Shown here: one piece after another, positions 22,715-35,435 of the stretch
How the letters are laid out: each line of letters begins with the position of its first letter
How positions within the stretch are numbered: the first letter of the stretch is position 1
Assembly: GCF_964213995.1 (NCBI RefSeq)
Contig: NW_027590987.1
Coordinates: forward strand, 1-64,000
Reading direction: 5' to 3'
Length of the DNA: 64,000 bases
Origin: Mustelus asterias
Lineage: Eukaryota
The notes under the pieces: model-generated
Told to the model about the DNA's origin: nothing
Seen by the model: only the letters and a program-made list of their open reading frames with translations
The model's database searches: none
Position numbers and translations under genes: made by a program

Positions 22715-24232
22715 AAGCACAAAGAACAATAGAGCACAGGAACAGGCCCTTCGGCCCTCCAAGCCTGCGCTGATCATGTGTTCCTAACTAGACCATCCAT
22801 TTGTATCCCTCTATTCCTAGTCGTTCATGTGGTTATCAAGATGAGTCTTAAATGTTTCTCGCGTGTCTGCCTCAACCACCTTGCTTGGTAGTGCACTCCA
22901 GGCCCCCACCACCCTCTGTGTAAAATACGTCCCCCGCATATCTGTATTGAACCTTGCCCCCCTTACCTTGAACTTGTGACCCCTTGTGTTTGTCATTGCT
23001 GACCTGGAAAAAAGCTTCCAACTGTTCACCCTATCTATGCCCTTCGTAATTTTGTAAACTTCTATTAGGTCGCCCCTCAACCTCCGTCTTTCCAGGGAGA
23101 ACAACCCGAGTTTACTCAATCTCTCCTCATAGCTAATACCCTCCATACCAGGCAACATCCTGGTAAACCTTTTCTGTACTCTCTCCAAAGTCTCCGCGTC
23201 CTTCTGGTAGTGTGGTGACCAGAACTGGACACAGTATTCCAAATGCGGCCGAACCAACGTTCCATATAACTGCAACACCATGTGCCAACTTTTATACTCT
23301 ATGCCCCAATAAAGGCAAGCATGCCATATGCCTTCTTCACCACCTTTTCCACCTGTGCTGCCACCTTTAAGGATCGTGGACTTGCACACCCAGATCCCTC
23401 TGTGTGTCTATACTCCTGATGGTTCTGCCATTTATTGTATAGCTCCCCCCTGCATTAGATCTACCAAAATGCATCACTTCACATTTATTTGGATTAAATT
23501 CCATCTGCCATTTCTCCACCCAATTTTCCAGCCTATCTATATCCTGCTGTATTCTCTGACAATGTTCATCACAATCCACAACTCCAGCAATCTTTGTGTC
23601 GTCCGCAAACTTACTGATCACACCAGCTACATCTTCCTCCAAATCATTTATATATATCACAAACAGCAGAGGTCCCAGTACAGAGCCCTGTAGAACACCG
23701 CTAGTCACAGACCTCCAATCAGAAAAAGACCCCTCCACTGCTACCCTCTGTCTTCTATGGCTAAGCCAGTTCTGTACCCATCTAGCTGGTTCACCTTTGA
23801 TCCCATGAGATTTAACCTTTTGCACCAGCCTTCCATGAGGGACGTTGTCAAACGCTTTACTAAAATCCATGTCGACGACATCCACGGCCCTTCCCTCGTC
23901 AGTCATTTTTGTCACCTCCTCAAAAAACTCAACCAAATTTATGAGGCATGACCTCCCTTGTACAAAACCATGTTGTCTATCGCTAATGAGATTATTCAGT
24001 TCTAAATGTGTATAGATCCTATCTCTAAGAATCTTCTCCAACAATTTCCCTACCACGGACATCAAGTTCACTGGCCTATAATTACCCGGGTTATCCTTGC
24101 TACCCTTCTTAAATAACGGGACCACATTTGCTATCCTCCAATCCTCTGGGACCTCACCTGTGTCCAATGAAGAAACAAAGATTTTTGTGAGAGGCCCAGC
24201 AATTTCATCTCTTGTCTCTCTCAGTAACTGGA
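22715..24232 (-). mobile_element. CR1 LINE (RT region), frameshifted
   Basis: [35 protein letters not shown]. 3' tail at ~22715-22760. Confidence 0.92.
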
Positions 24233-26257
24233 AACTTGATAAGGTGCCCCATGCAAGGCTTATTGAGAAAGTGAGGGGGCATGGGATCCAAGGGGACGTT
24301 GCTTTGTGGATCCAGAACTGGCATGCCCACAGAAGGCAAAGAGTGGTTATAGACGGGTCATATTCTGCATGGAGGTCGGTCACCAGTGGAGTGCCCCAGG
24401 GATCTGTTCTGGGACCCTTACTCTTTGTGATTTTTATAAATGACCTGGATGAACAAAGAACAGTACAGCACAGGAAACAGGCCCTTCGGCCCTCCAAGCC
24501 TGTGCTGCTCCTTGGTCCAACTAGACCAATCGTTTGTATCCCTCCATTCCCAGGCTGCTCATGTGACTATCCAGGTAAGTCTTAAACGATGTCAGCGTGC
24601 CTGCCTCCACCACCCTACTTGGCAGCGCATTCCAGGCCCCCACCACCCTCTGTGTAAAAAACGTCCCTCTGATGTCTGAGTTATACTTCGCCCCTCTCAG
24701 CTTGAGCCCATGACCCCTCGTGATCGTCACCTCCGACCTGGGAAAAAGCTTCCCACTGTTCACCCTATCTATACCCTTCATAATCTTGTACACCTCTATT
24801 AGATCTCCCCTCATTCTCTGTCTTTCCAAGGAGAACAACCCCAGTCTACCCAATCTCTCCTCATAGCTAAGACCCTCCATACCAGGCAACATCCTGGTAA
24901 ACCTTCTCTGCACTCTCTCCAATGCCTCCACGTCCTTCTGGTAGTGCGGCGTCCAGAACTGGACGCAGTACTCCAAATGTGGCCTAACCAGCGTTCTATA
25001 CAGCTGCATCATCAGACTCCAGCTTTTATACTCTATACCCCGTCCTATAAAGGCAAGCATACCATATGCCTTCTTCACCACCTTCTCCACCTGTGTTGCC
25101 ACCTTCAAGGATTTGTGGACTTGCACACCTAGGTCCCTCTGTGTTTCTATACTCCTGATGACTCTGCCATTTATTGTATAACTCCTCCCTACATTATTTC
25201 TTCCAAAATGCATCACTTCGCATTTATCCGGATTAAATTCCATCTGCCACCTCTCCGCCCAATTTTCCAGCCTATCTATATCCTGCTGTATTGCCCGACA
25301 ATGCTCTTCGCTATCCGCAATTCCATGAGGAAGTGAAAGGATGGGTTGGCAAGTTTGCTGATGACACAAAGGTTGGAGGTGTTGTGGATAGTGTGGAGAG
25401 ATGTCAGAAGGTGCAGCGAGACATTGATAGGATGCAAGACTGGGTGGAGAAGTGGCAGATGGAGTTCAACCCAGATAAGTGTGAGGTGGTTCATTTGGCA
25501 GGTCAAATAGGATGGCGGAATATAATATTAATGGTAGGACTCTTGGCAGAGTGGAAGATCAGAAAGATCTTGGGGTCAGAGTTCGTAAGACGCTCAAAGC
25601 AGCTGTGCAGGTTGAGGCTGTGGTTAAGAAGGTGGATGGTGTACTGGCCTTCATCAATCGAGGAATTGAGTTTAGGAGTCGTGAGATAATGTTGCAGCTA
25701 TATAAGACCCTGGTCAGACCACACTTGGGGTACTGTGCTCAGTTCTGGTCGCCTCATTACAGAAGGATGTGGAAATCATAGAAAGGGTGCAGAGGAGATT
25801 TACAAGGATGTTGCCTGGATTAGGTGACATGCCTTATGAGGATAGGTTGAGTGAGCTCAGTCTTTTCTCCTTGGAGACATGAAGGATGAGGGGTGACCTG
25901 ATAGAGGTGTATAAGATGTTGAGAGGTATTGATCGAGTGGATAGTCAGAGGCTTTTTCCCAGGGCTGAAATGGTTGCCACAAGACCACACAGGTTTAAGG
26001 TGCTGGGGAGTAGGTACAGAGGAGATGTCAGGGGTAAGTTTTTCACTCAGAGGTTGGTGGGTGCGTGGAATGGGCTGCCAGCAACGGTGGTGGAGGCGGA
26101 TTCGATTGGGTCTTTTAAGAGACTTTTAGATAAGTACATGGAACTTAGTAAGATAGAGGGTTATAGGTAAGCCTAGTAATCGCTAAGGTAGGGACATGTT
26201 CGGCACAACTTTGTGGGCTGAAGGGCTGGTATTGTGCTGTAGTTTTTCTGTGTTTCG
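24233..26257 (+). mobile_element. CR1 LINE (24233-24452 plus 25325-26257), split by an antisense CR1
   Basis: FINDLDE|EEVKGWVGKFADDTK reads through the junction. ATGA is duplicated at the break. Confidence 0.85.
24453..25324 (-). mobile_element. Young 5'-truncated CR1 nested in a CR1
   Basis: ORF 24521-25324 is open to the ORF2 stop. Tail TGTACTGTTCTTTGT. Confidence 0.9.
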
Positions 26258-26738
26258 ATGGAAGTCCCTTCCTAACAGCACTGTGGGTGTACGTACACCT
26301 CAGGCATTGCAGCAGTTCAAGAAGGCACCCTTGGGGTTGGGGTTGACCATGGCCAAGGCAGCTACATACAGCCACATATTCTGTTATAATTGAAGGACTG
26401 CAGATTGAATGTGAGGCATTGTGGGACTGGACTATCTTGACCATATTCCTGAGACTGCCCGGAAACTCATGTGTCTATTTTAGTTTATAATTGAGGATTT
26501 CTGGGAATAAGTTAAATGTGGAAATATTAAGCATAGCCTGGAGGAATTTGGAATAACTGAGAATTTTATCCCCAGATAAAGAACAAAGATTTTGCCGGTG
26601 TTTGGGTGTAACGTGTTTGGGGTTTTAAATCAACAAAGATGTTATAGAACATAGAACAGTACAGCACAGAACAGACCCTATAATGGAATATACCAATCTG
26701 ATATCCACCGACAGTCGAGTGAAAGTCTGGAATATGTA

Positions 26739-27372
26739 CAAAGAACAAAACAGCACAGGAACAGGCCCTTCGGCCCTCCAAGTCTGCACCGATCATGTAT
26801 TCCTAACATACCACCCGTTTGTATCCCTCTATTCCCAGTCTGTTCATGTGGTTATCTAGATAAGTCTTAAATGATCCTAGCGTGTCTGCCTCAACCACCT
26901 TGCTTGGCAGTGCATTCCAGGCCCCCACCACCCTCTGTGTAAAATACGTCCCCCGCATATCTGTATTGAACCTTGCCCCCCTTACCTTGAACTTGTGACC
27001 CCTTGTGTTTGTCATTTCTGACCTGGGAAAAAGCTTCCAACTGTTCACCCTATCTATGCCCTTCGTAATGTTATAAACTTCTATTAGGTTGCCCCCTCAA
27101 CCTCTTTCCAGAGAGAACAACCCTAGTTTACTCAATCTCTCCTCCTAGCTAATACCCTCCATACCAGGCAACATCCTGGTAAACCTTTTCTGCACTCTCT
27201 CCAAAGCCTCCACGTCCTCTGGTAGTGTGGTGACCAGAACTGGACGCAGTATTCCAAATGCGGCCTAACCAACGTTCGATATAACTGCAACATCATGTGC
27301 CAACTTTTATACTCTATGCCCCATCCAATAAAAGCAAGCATGCCATATGCCTTCACCACTTTTTCCACCTGT
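26739..27372 (-). mobile_element. CR1 3' fragment, same subfamily as 22715-23355
   Basis: RPHLEYCVQFWSPHY and RGHKFKVRGARFNTDMRGTYFTQRVV. Confidence 0.88.
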
Positions 27373-27871
27373 GTGTTTCATTTGTTTTTTGTGGATGTTT
27401 GTAGATGTGTTTTATCATTGTTTTGGGCTACATTTGTTCAGGTTTATCTTTCTGGGGAATTAACCTTGTCTTGAGTCTTTAATTAAAGGCATTTTTGGAA
27501 GTTTAAAAACAGGATCACAAGAACGCTTAAGTAATTAATTTTGGTCATTGTTGTTGTAAAGCATATGCTAAGTTTCTCTGTTTGTGTATGGATGATATTT
27601 GTAGGTTGAATGCTTCAAGCTTTGAGGTTTTCTGTCTGTGATTTAAATCAAACAGATTTTTAAAAAAGGAAGTGTGATCAATAAAACTTTTTTTGTTCAG
27701 AAGTTATGAACCTGGAGCCATATTTACTGGCCAGAGACAGGATTCCAGGATATTTTACTAAACATCTGGAAATTTTAATCCGGATACAATTCACCCATGT
27801 GAGAATGAGAGTTTTAATTTGTAATGGTTCTTTAAAATTTGACACATGTGAAATGATTCTGACCAATCCTG

Positions 27872-28408
27872 TGTTGGATTGATCTTGGGTTAAACTTCCT
27901 GTCAGGTCCAAAGATTTATTCCTGACACAAGTCACACAAAGGAAAGGAAAATTCTGGAATTGGATACTGAAGAAAAGAGTTTAAAAAGAGAGAGTATTAA
28001 ATAGAAATGATTCCCAGACCATGTGGTCATTCGATTAAAACAAAGGAAGGGTGCTGACGTCCATTTGAGAACTTTTAATCCGCCCCATTTCTAACTAAGG
28101 GAGTCGATGTACAAAGAAAGCCCAAGAAAGACCCCCCCCCCAAGGGGGGTCTGGAAAGCATGATGGGGCACCTGTCCATGAGATGATCACAAAGCCCCAT
28201 AATGCCCAGATACTAATTTTATTGAACCTATAATGTATGTAATCTATCACCATTCTGATTGGATTGTGTCCAGCCGGGATGGGCTGAGTAGCTGGATAAG
28301 AATTGATGATATTCTTTGTTGGGTGGAGTTACACATGGTCAGTCCCTGTGGCTTCTCCCCGCTGGCGTAACTCAATAAACTGTTTGTCGATTGAATCAGG
28401 CACAACAC
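27872..28408 (+). mobile_element. Solo LTR-like element, copy 1 (3' part partly deleted)
   Basis: Starts TGTTGG, has AATAAA at ~28374, ends CAACA. Homologous to 61147-61716. Confidence 0.65.
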
Positions 28409-28410
28409 AC

Positions 28411-28804
28411 TGGGAAGAGATACAAAGTGCCCTCTCCACTGGAAGCTCATCGGCACAGCCACACTGGGGAGAGGCCGTTCGCCTGCTGGGTGTGTGGGAA
28501 GGGATTCACTGATTCATCCACTCTGCAGAGACACCAGCAAGTTCACACTGGTGAGAGTGCATTCACCTGCTGTCAGTGTGGGAAGGGATTTACTCGGATA
28601 TGAAGCCTGCAGACACACCAGCGAGATCACACAGGGGAGAGACCATACAGCTGCTTTCAATGTGGGAAGGGATTCAGTAAGTCATCCAACCTACAGAAAC
28701 ACCAGCGAGTTCACACAGGAGAGCGGCCATTCAACTGCTCTGCATGTGGGAAAAGATTCACTCAGTTATCGAATCTGCTGAGACACCAGCGAGTTCAGAA
28801 GTGA
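28411..28804 (+). pseudogene. ZNF-E: truncated 5-finger pseudogene
   Basis: First finger lacks its CxxC and the ATG, in-frame TGA at 28601-28603, last finger H>Q. Followed by the cluster-conserved 3' block. Confidence 0.85.
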
Positions 28805-29174
28805 ATATGGGGATGAGAGTCTGCTGTTATTGTTTCTGCTCTCAATTACATCCAGGACTGCATTTTGTTCAGTCTCACAGTTGGTCATTGGGGAGGGTCG
28901 GAGGGTTTCTTTCTGCTGGACTGGCCGGTCTCACAACTTTGCCTCCAGTGGGCTGATGCTCTTTGAGTCTTGTTGCAAATACCTGATTTCAAATTTCACA
29001 AGAATGACAGAGTGACCGGGTGTGAGGAAGTTCAGAGATATTTAGTCAGCATTTATTTTTGAAATGCCCCAAACGCTCATCCAATTTCCTTTGTAATTGT
29101 TTATTGTCTCCACTTCCTCCACCCTCGTAGGCAGCGAGTTCCAGGTCATTACCATTCGCTGCATCAAAATAATC

Positions 29175-29960
29175 CCATCATAATTCCACCTCCCCCAATT
29201 GTAAACCTTGCCCTGCCGTACGGCCCTATCCCTCTCCATTGCAATAACGAAAGACACCGAATTGTGGTCACTATCTCCAAAGTGCTCTCCCACAAACAAA
29301 CCGAACACTTAGTACTGGGTAATGAAACGGGCCAAGTCCAATGTGGCCCCACCTCTTGTCGGCCTATCCACATATTGTGTCAGGAAACCCTCCTGCACAC
29401 ACTGTACAAAAACTGCCCCATCCGAACTATTTGACCTATAAAGGTTCCAATCAATATTTGGAAAGTTAAAGTCACCCATGACAACTACCTTGTGACCTCC
29501 ACACCTATCCATAATCTGCTTTGCAATTTCTTCCTCCACATCTCTATTACTATTTGGGGGCCTATAGAAAACTCCTAACAACGTGACCGCTCCTTTCCTA
29601 TTTCTAACTTCAGCCCATATTACCTCAGTAGGCAGATCCCCCTCGAACTGTCTTTCTGCAGCCGTTAAACTATCCTTGATTAATAATGCTACTCCTCCAC
29701 CTCTTTTACCACCTTCCCTACTCTTACTGAAACATCTATACCCCAGAACTTCCAACAACCATTCCTGTCCCTGTTCTAACCATGTCTCCGTAATGGCCAC
29801 AACATTGTAGTCCCAAGTACCAATCCACACTCCAAGTTCACCTGCCTTATTCCAGATGCTCCTTGCATTGAAATAGACACACTTCAACCCACCTTCCTGT
29901 CTGCCGGTACACTCCTGCAACCTTGATACCCTCCTCAGTACCTCACAACACTCAACACTG
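29175..29960 (-). mobile_element. CR1 ORF2 N-terminal AP-endonuclease fragment
   Basis: YFNARS, AITETWL, GGGVALL, VFYRPP, MGDFNFPNIDW, TLDL and later GDSDHN. Confidence 0.9.
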
Positions 29961-30891
29961 GCTTCTGGACTACAGCTCATTTTCCCATTCCCATTTCAAA
30001 GTTTATTTTTAGAAAGGTAAAATTATGAATAACAATAATGACTTTCACTAACTCCATTGAGTGACCACCCCAAGTAGAAATGTGAATCTTCCTCGGGGTC
30101 CTGAACCAAAGGCGATTTCCCAAAATCCTGCCCCAGGGGCACTCAGTACCTCCACAACTAGAGTCCAACCTGCAAAGCCCAAGATCACTCACAAATCCCA
30201 CTGAGCATTTTAACACAGCTCCCAGCTCCAATACAGCTATAAATGTTATACTGTTAGTCAGAGCACAGAACATTGTTCAAAAATTCCTATTTTGCCTATG
30301 TAGGTTTATTATTAAAACTTCACCCAAAGACTTGTCTGTAATCCAGAAACTGTTTGTTCCTCAAACAAGTAAACAACCTTGCTGATATTAGAACCTTGAT
30401 GTGGAGCATTTGATTAACATGTGATTTTACTCTAATGCAGGGGTGTTACATCCATCACCCCTTTTACTAAATCTATTCATTCACTCTGGCATTTTCCCCC
30501 TTTTCCTCATTGGCTTAGCCCAAGGTAGCCAACTTCCATTCCCTTTACAATCTCCTTCTCACAACTAATTTTCAGACATAATTGAAATGGTATAATTGGA
30601 TATAAAAGCAGTGATAACATATAATTGCTGTATAAATTGCATAGATTCAAAACAATTCTCAAGCTGTCCCTTAACCTGCTCCATCTTGTAATAATTCTTA
30701 TTCAGTATTATTTCTCCCGCGCCTTCATTTGTCCCAGTCCAAAATTCCATTTACTTTAATTTGTTCTTCCAGTCAGTTTCTCTGGAGTCTGTGTCAGTGC
30801 CTTGATCATTTCAAAATGATTTCTTACTCTTCAGGTCATATTAACCATTTCATGTCACGCTGTTAGTCAAGCAGCTGAGAAAGTCCCATTT

Positions 30892-31214
30892 GAATCATAG
30901 AATCATTACAGTGCAGAAGGAGGCCATTTGGCCCATCGTGTCTGCACAGCCCACAATCCCATCCAGGCTCTATCCCCAAAACCCCATTTATTTACCCTGC
31001 TAGTTCGCCTGACGCTCAGAAGCAATTTACTATGGCCAATCAACCTAACCTGCATATCTTTGGAGTGTGGGAGGAAACCGGAGCACCTGGAGGAAACCCA
31101 CGCAGATATGGAGAGATTGTGCAAACTCCACACAGACAGTGACCCGAGGCCAGAATTGAACCCGGGTCCTTGGGCGCTATGACGAAGCACTGCTAACCAT
31201 TGTGCCACCGTGCC
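30892..31214 (-). mobile_element. V-SINE, tail type A
   Basis: tRNA head, V-domain and CTATGATTC tail. Confidence 0.85.
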
Positions 31215-31736
31215 ACACTTCATTCTTCAATACAGCTGCACTGTGCACTCTCGCATATTAGTTCATTCACAACTTACAAACCAATTCTGCAATCTCACAT
31301 CAGTGTTCCAATTCCTTCTTTAATTCTCTGTTGGAGTCTCACATTCATAAGCCATCTTCACACATTTCCCTCCATGTTAAATGTTGTCTCTCATGTTGTT
31401 GTTATTAACCAGACATGTACTTTGTCTTGCTTGTTGTTATCTCTCTGTCCTCTCCCACAAATCCTTGTTGTGTATTTGTGAAAGGTTGATCAGGTCTATA
31501 GCGATGGTGCTGGGTATTTTACCAATCATCATCCTGAATTCCACTCTCTTTCAAAGGATGCACCATCCAATAATTCTGCTGGAAACTTCAAAAGAAAGTC
31601 AAAAGCCGGGGTCAAAGGGGTTTTCCATCTCAACGTATTTGCTTATTTCCCCCTGTACAATCCCAACGTCTCAGATGGCGGCCAGATTATAAAATTCAGT
31701 TCTCTCAAATAGTTCATGGACAAAGAAACAAACAAG

Positions 31737-32005
31737 GGGTGGCACGGTGGCTCGCACTGCTGCCTCACAGCACCAGGGATCTGGGTTTGATTCCCGACTT
31801 GGGTCACTGTCTGTGCGGAGTTTGCACATTCTCCCCGTGTCTGCGTCGGTTTCCTCCGGGTACTCCGGTTTCCTCCCACAGACTGAAAGACATGCTGGTT
31901 AGGTGCATTGTCCCAAACAGGCGCCGGAATGTGGTGACTAGGGGAATTTCACAGTGACGTCATTGCAATAAGCCTTACTTGTGACACTAATAAATAAACT
32001 TTAAA
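31737..32005 (+). mobile_element. V-SINE, tail type B
   Basis: GGGTGGCACGGTGG head, V-domain, tail GTGACACTAATAAATAAACTTT. An extra tail fragment lies at 32175-32245. Confidence 0.85.
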
Positions 32006-32261
32006 TATCTCCAAGAAAAAGCTGTCACCTCATTTACCTCGTCTATACTTCCCCTTTACCAGAATGTTCCATACCCGAATGTATGCATTCCTTTAAACTG
32101 CACTTTCCGGAGTTCTGGAGAATCTTTTAAAACATGAAATATACTCATAATATCTTTAAAAAGAAACCGAACATTTCACAGTAACTTCATTGCAGTGTTA
32201 ATGCAAGTCTAGTTGTGACACTAATAAATAAACTTTAAAAACTTTAAGAATATTTGAAGTC

Positions 32262-32619
32262 AAAGTTTATTCATTAGTCACAAGTAGGCTTACATTCACA
32301 CTGCAATGAAGTTACTGCGAAAATCCCTTAGTCGCCACACTCCGGCGCCTGCTCTGGCACACTGCGGGAGAATTTAGCCTAGCCAATGCACCTAACTAGC
32401 ACGTCTTTTTGACTGTGGGAGGAAACTGGAGCACCCGGAGGAAATCCACGCAGACACAGGGAGAACGTGCAGACTCCGCCAGACAGTGACCCAAGTCAGG
32501 AATCGAACCGGGTCCCTGGCCTATTTGCTACCAAATAAACCTGTTGGACTTTAACCTGGTGTTGTGAGACTTCTTACTGTGAGACAGCCATGAGAACCAT
32601 TGTGCCACAGTGCTGCCCC
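32262..32619 (-). mobile_element. V-SINE type B with a ~55-bp PLE end inserted in its head (32521-32576)
   Basis: SINE head is broken by TTTGCTACCAAATAAACCTGTTGGACTTTAACCTGGTGTTGTGAGACTTCTTA. Confidence 0.8.
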
Positions 32620-34289
32620 AAATTTGTGTTTGATTCCAGGCATTATCAACTTTGTTCTTTCCCTTAAACAACAGGTGATTTCCATTTTCAATGCTTGAAA
32701 TAGCAACTCACATCAGATGTTTATCAATTCCAGTATCCTAAGCAGGCTTGGTGGCTTTCTGAAAAGTAAAGTCTTTTATTCTCTGCTTTAATTCTCAAAA
32801 CTGTTGACTTCACTCAGAGCTGGAAACCATCATCACCTGTTTAAAAAACACAAACAATCCATCTGGCTCTGGCCAAGATCTCAGTGAGTTAATATGTCCA
32901 AGTATAGGTTACATTAAAAAACAAAGGCTGTGTGGAGATTTATAACAATCAACTGTCTGCTGAAAGTGTTAACTTCTCTGTGGAACCGAGAGAGGCGGGG
33001 AGTGGGCAGAGGAAACTTGGCAATTGCATCAACTTACATAATTTAAAAAACTTCTCTCGTGTTATTTTCTTCAATTTTGTTCCAATTTCATCTCTTTTAT
33101 CGATCCTTTTTTGAACACCAATTTCAACTTTCAATATTTTCCACTTAATCAAAGTTGAAAGAAATACTTTGTGAAATATGTTGTTAACCGAATCTCAACA
33201 ATTTTAACTCAGATGTTTAGGAAAGTTGGAACTGGTTTGCTGCCAAACTGCAGCCTGATCTTTGTGTTTTGGGAGCAAATTGGCCTTCACAATTCTAACC
33301 TTGAACAACTTAATTTCAAACCCAAATACATTCCTTTCACATTTTAGTACAGTCTGAATTTATTTCAAACAGAAACACACGGCAGTTCAAATTAAATTAA
33401 TTTTTATTCCCTTTCCAAACTAATTCTTCGAATCTGTGATGCTTTCAAACAACACCCTGCTTCAACAATTATGACTCAAATGTACAGCATTCCTTCAACT
33501 GGGCAAACCAACTTGGAGTAAGCGTTGTGGATCATGATGGTGCAGAAGTCATGGCTAATCACACACACCTGCATTCCCTTATCACACAGGAGAGGCAGAG
33601 GAGAAGGGGGAGTGCTTTCAGTGATTCTTTTTTTGGAGAAAACAACTACATTTACTCACTGGTGACTGATTTGTGTCTCAGGTTGTTTGATGTTAGCTAA
33701 ACACAGGGAGTGGTCTGCTTCAGGGGAGGTGTCACTTTGTGGCTGAATTAACTTCCTCAAAGTCCCCACGGCATTTTCTAACTCTTCACTTGATCTGATA
33801 TTTTCTGACTGTAAATCAATATCTTGTTCCAGAGTTTGGCCGAACAGCAGTAGATTTTTCTGAGCTCCACTCACCCTATCATCTGCCCCCTGTTCCCAAT
33901 GTAACTGATTGTCCAGGTCAGACGTGCTCTCCTGCCAGCAATCAGCTCCATTCTGCAGCTTATCCACCAGTTCCCTCAACTCTTTATATTTTGTACTCAG
34001 CTGTGAGGCAACAGGTTTCCAATGTAACTGTAAATTAATTTATTCTGGACTTTTTCCAACTTGCTGCTTCCTTTCTGAATCTCTTTAGAAAACCAATCAA
34101 GGACCCGCACGTAATCTCCGTCGCATTCTTCTCCACCTCCCAGGGTATCTTTTGCTCCTGATGCCCTTGACTCCGTTGTCAATCTGTCAGTCACATTGTA
34201 GCAGATGCCAAAGCCATTGTTGTATTTGCTTTTTTGAGGCAGCAGTGCGAACCACTGTGCCACTGGATGGAATGCTGGCCCAGTGGAGA

Positions 34290-34480
34290 GAAACATAGAA
34301 ACTAGAAGCAGGAGTAGGCCATTCGGCCCCTTGAGCCTGCTCCACCATTCATCTTGATCATGGCTGATCATTGAATTCAATTTCCTGATTCGCCCCTTCC
34401 TTCCATATCCCTTGATCCCTTTTGCCCCAAGAGTATATCTCATATCTTCTTGAAATCAGGCAATGTTTTGGCCTCAACTA
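34290..34480 (-). mobile_element. CR1 3'-end fragment
   Basis: Minus strand GATCAGCCATGATC..GAATGG..GGCCGAATGGCCTACTCCTGCT tail. Confidence 0.75.
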
Positions 34481-34482
34481 TC

Positions 34483-34842
34483 GGGTGACATGGTGGCACA
34501 GTGGTTAGCACTGCTACCTCACAGCGTCAGGCATTTAATTCCAGCCTTGGGTGAGTGTCTGTTTGGAATTTGCATGTTCTCCCTGTGTCTGCGTGGGCTT
34601 CCTCCGGGTGCTCCAGTTTCCACCCACAGACCAAAGATGCCCAGATTCAGTGGATTTGCAATGTTGAATTCCCTCTTCGTCTCCCAAGCTGTGTGGGTTA
34701 GATAGGTTAGCCATGGTAAATGTGTGAGATTACAGGGATAGGGCAGGGGAGAGGGCCTGGGTAAGGTGCTCTGTTAGAGAGATGGTGCAGACTCGATGGT
34801 CCGAATGGTCCCTTCTGCACTGGAGGGATTCTATGATTCAAT
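34483..34842 (+). mobile_element. V-SINE, tail type A (diverged)
   Basis: GTGGCACAGTGGTTAGCACTGC head, V-domain, TTCTATGATTC end. Confidence 0.8.
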
Positions 34843-35435
34843 GAACACAGGAATGGTCAGAATTATTTCACATGTCCCAAATTTTAAATAACCATTACAA
34901 TTAAAACTCTCTCATACTCATATGTGTGAGTTTGAATCTGGATTAAAATTCCCACAAGTTTAGCAAAGTTTCCTGGAATCATGTCTCTGGCCAGTAAATG
35001 TGGCTCCAGGTTCACAACTTTTATGAAAAAAAGCTTTATTAATTACACGTCCTTTATTTAAATGTTTGATTTAAATCACAGACAGAAAACCTGAAAGCTT
35101 GAAGCATTCAACAAATATCATCCACACACAAACAGAGAAACATAGCATGTGCTTTACAACAATAAACAAAATTAATTCCTTAAGCGTTCTTGTGGTTCTG
35201 TTTCTAAACTTCCAGAAATGCCTTTAATTAAAGACTCAAGATAAGGTTAATTCCCCAGAAAGATAAACCTTAACAAATGTAGCCCAAAACAATAATAAAA
35301 CACATCTACAAACATCCACATAAAACAAATGAAACACACAGGTTCTCACAGCTCGTAAATTTCAAACAATGAATCCTCAGCATTCTCTCTCGCAGCTATA
35401 GCTTCTTAAAGCGACAGAGCACCACAAACGTTTCG

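Noticed and set aside
23367-24497. 376-aa RT-like ORF
   Set aside because: Chimeric: it runs from the antisense strand of one CR1 fragment into another CR1. Not a functional gene.
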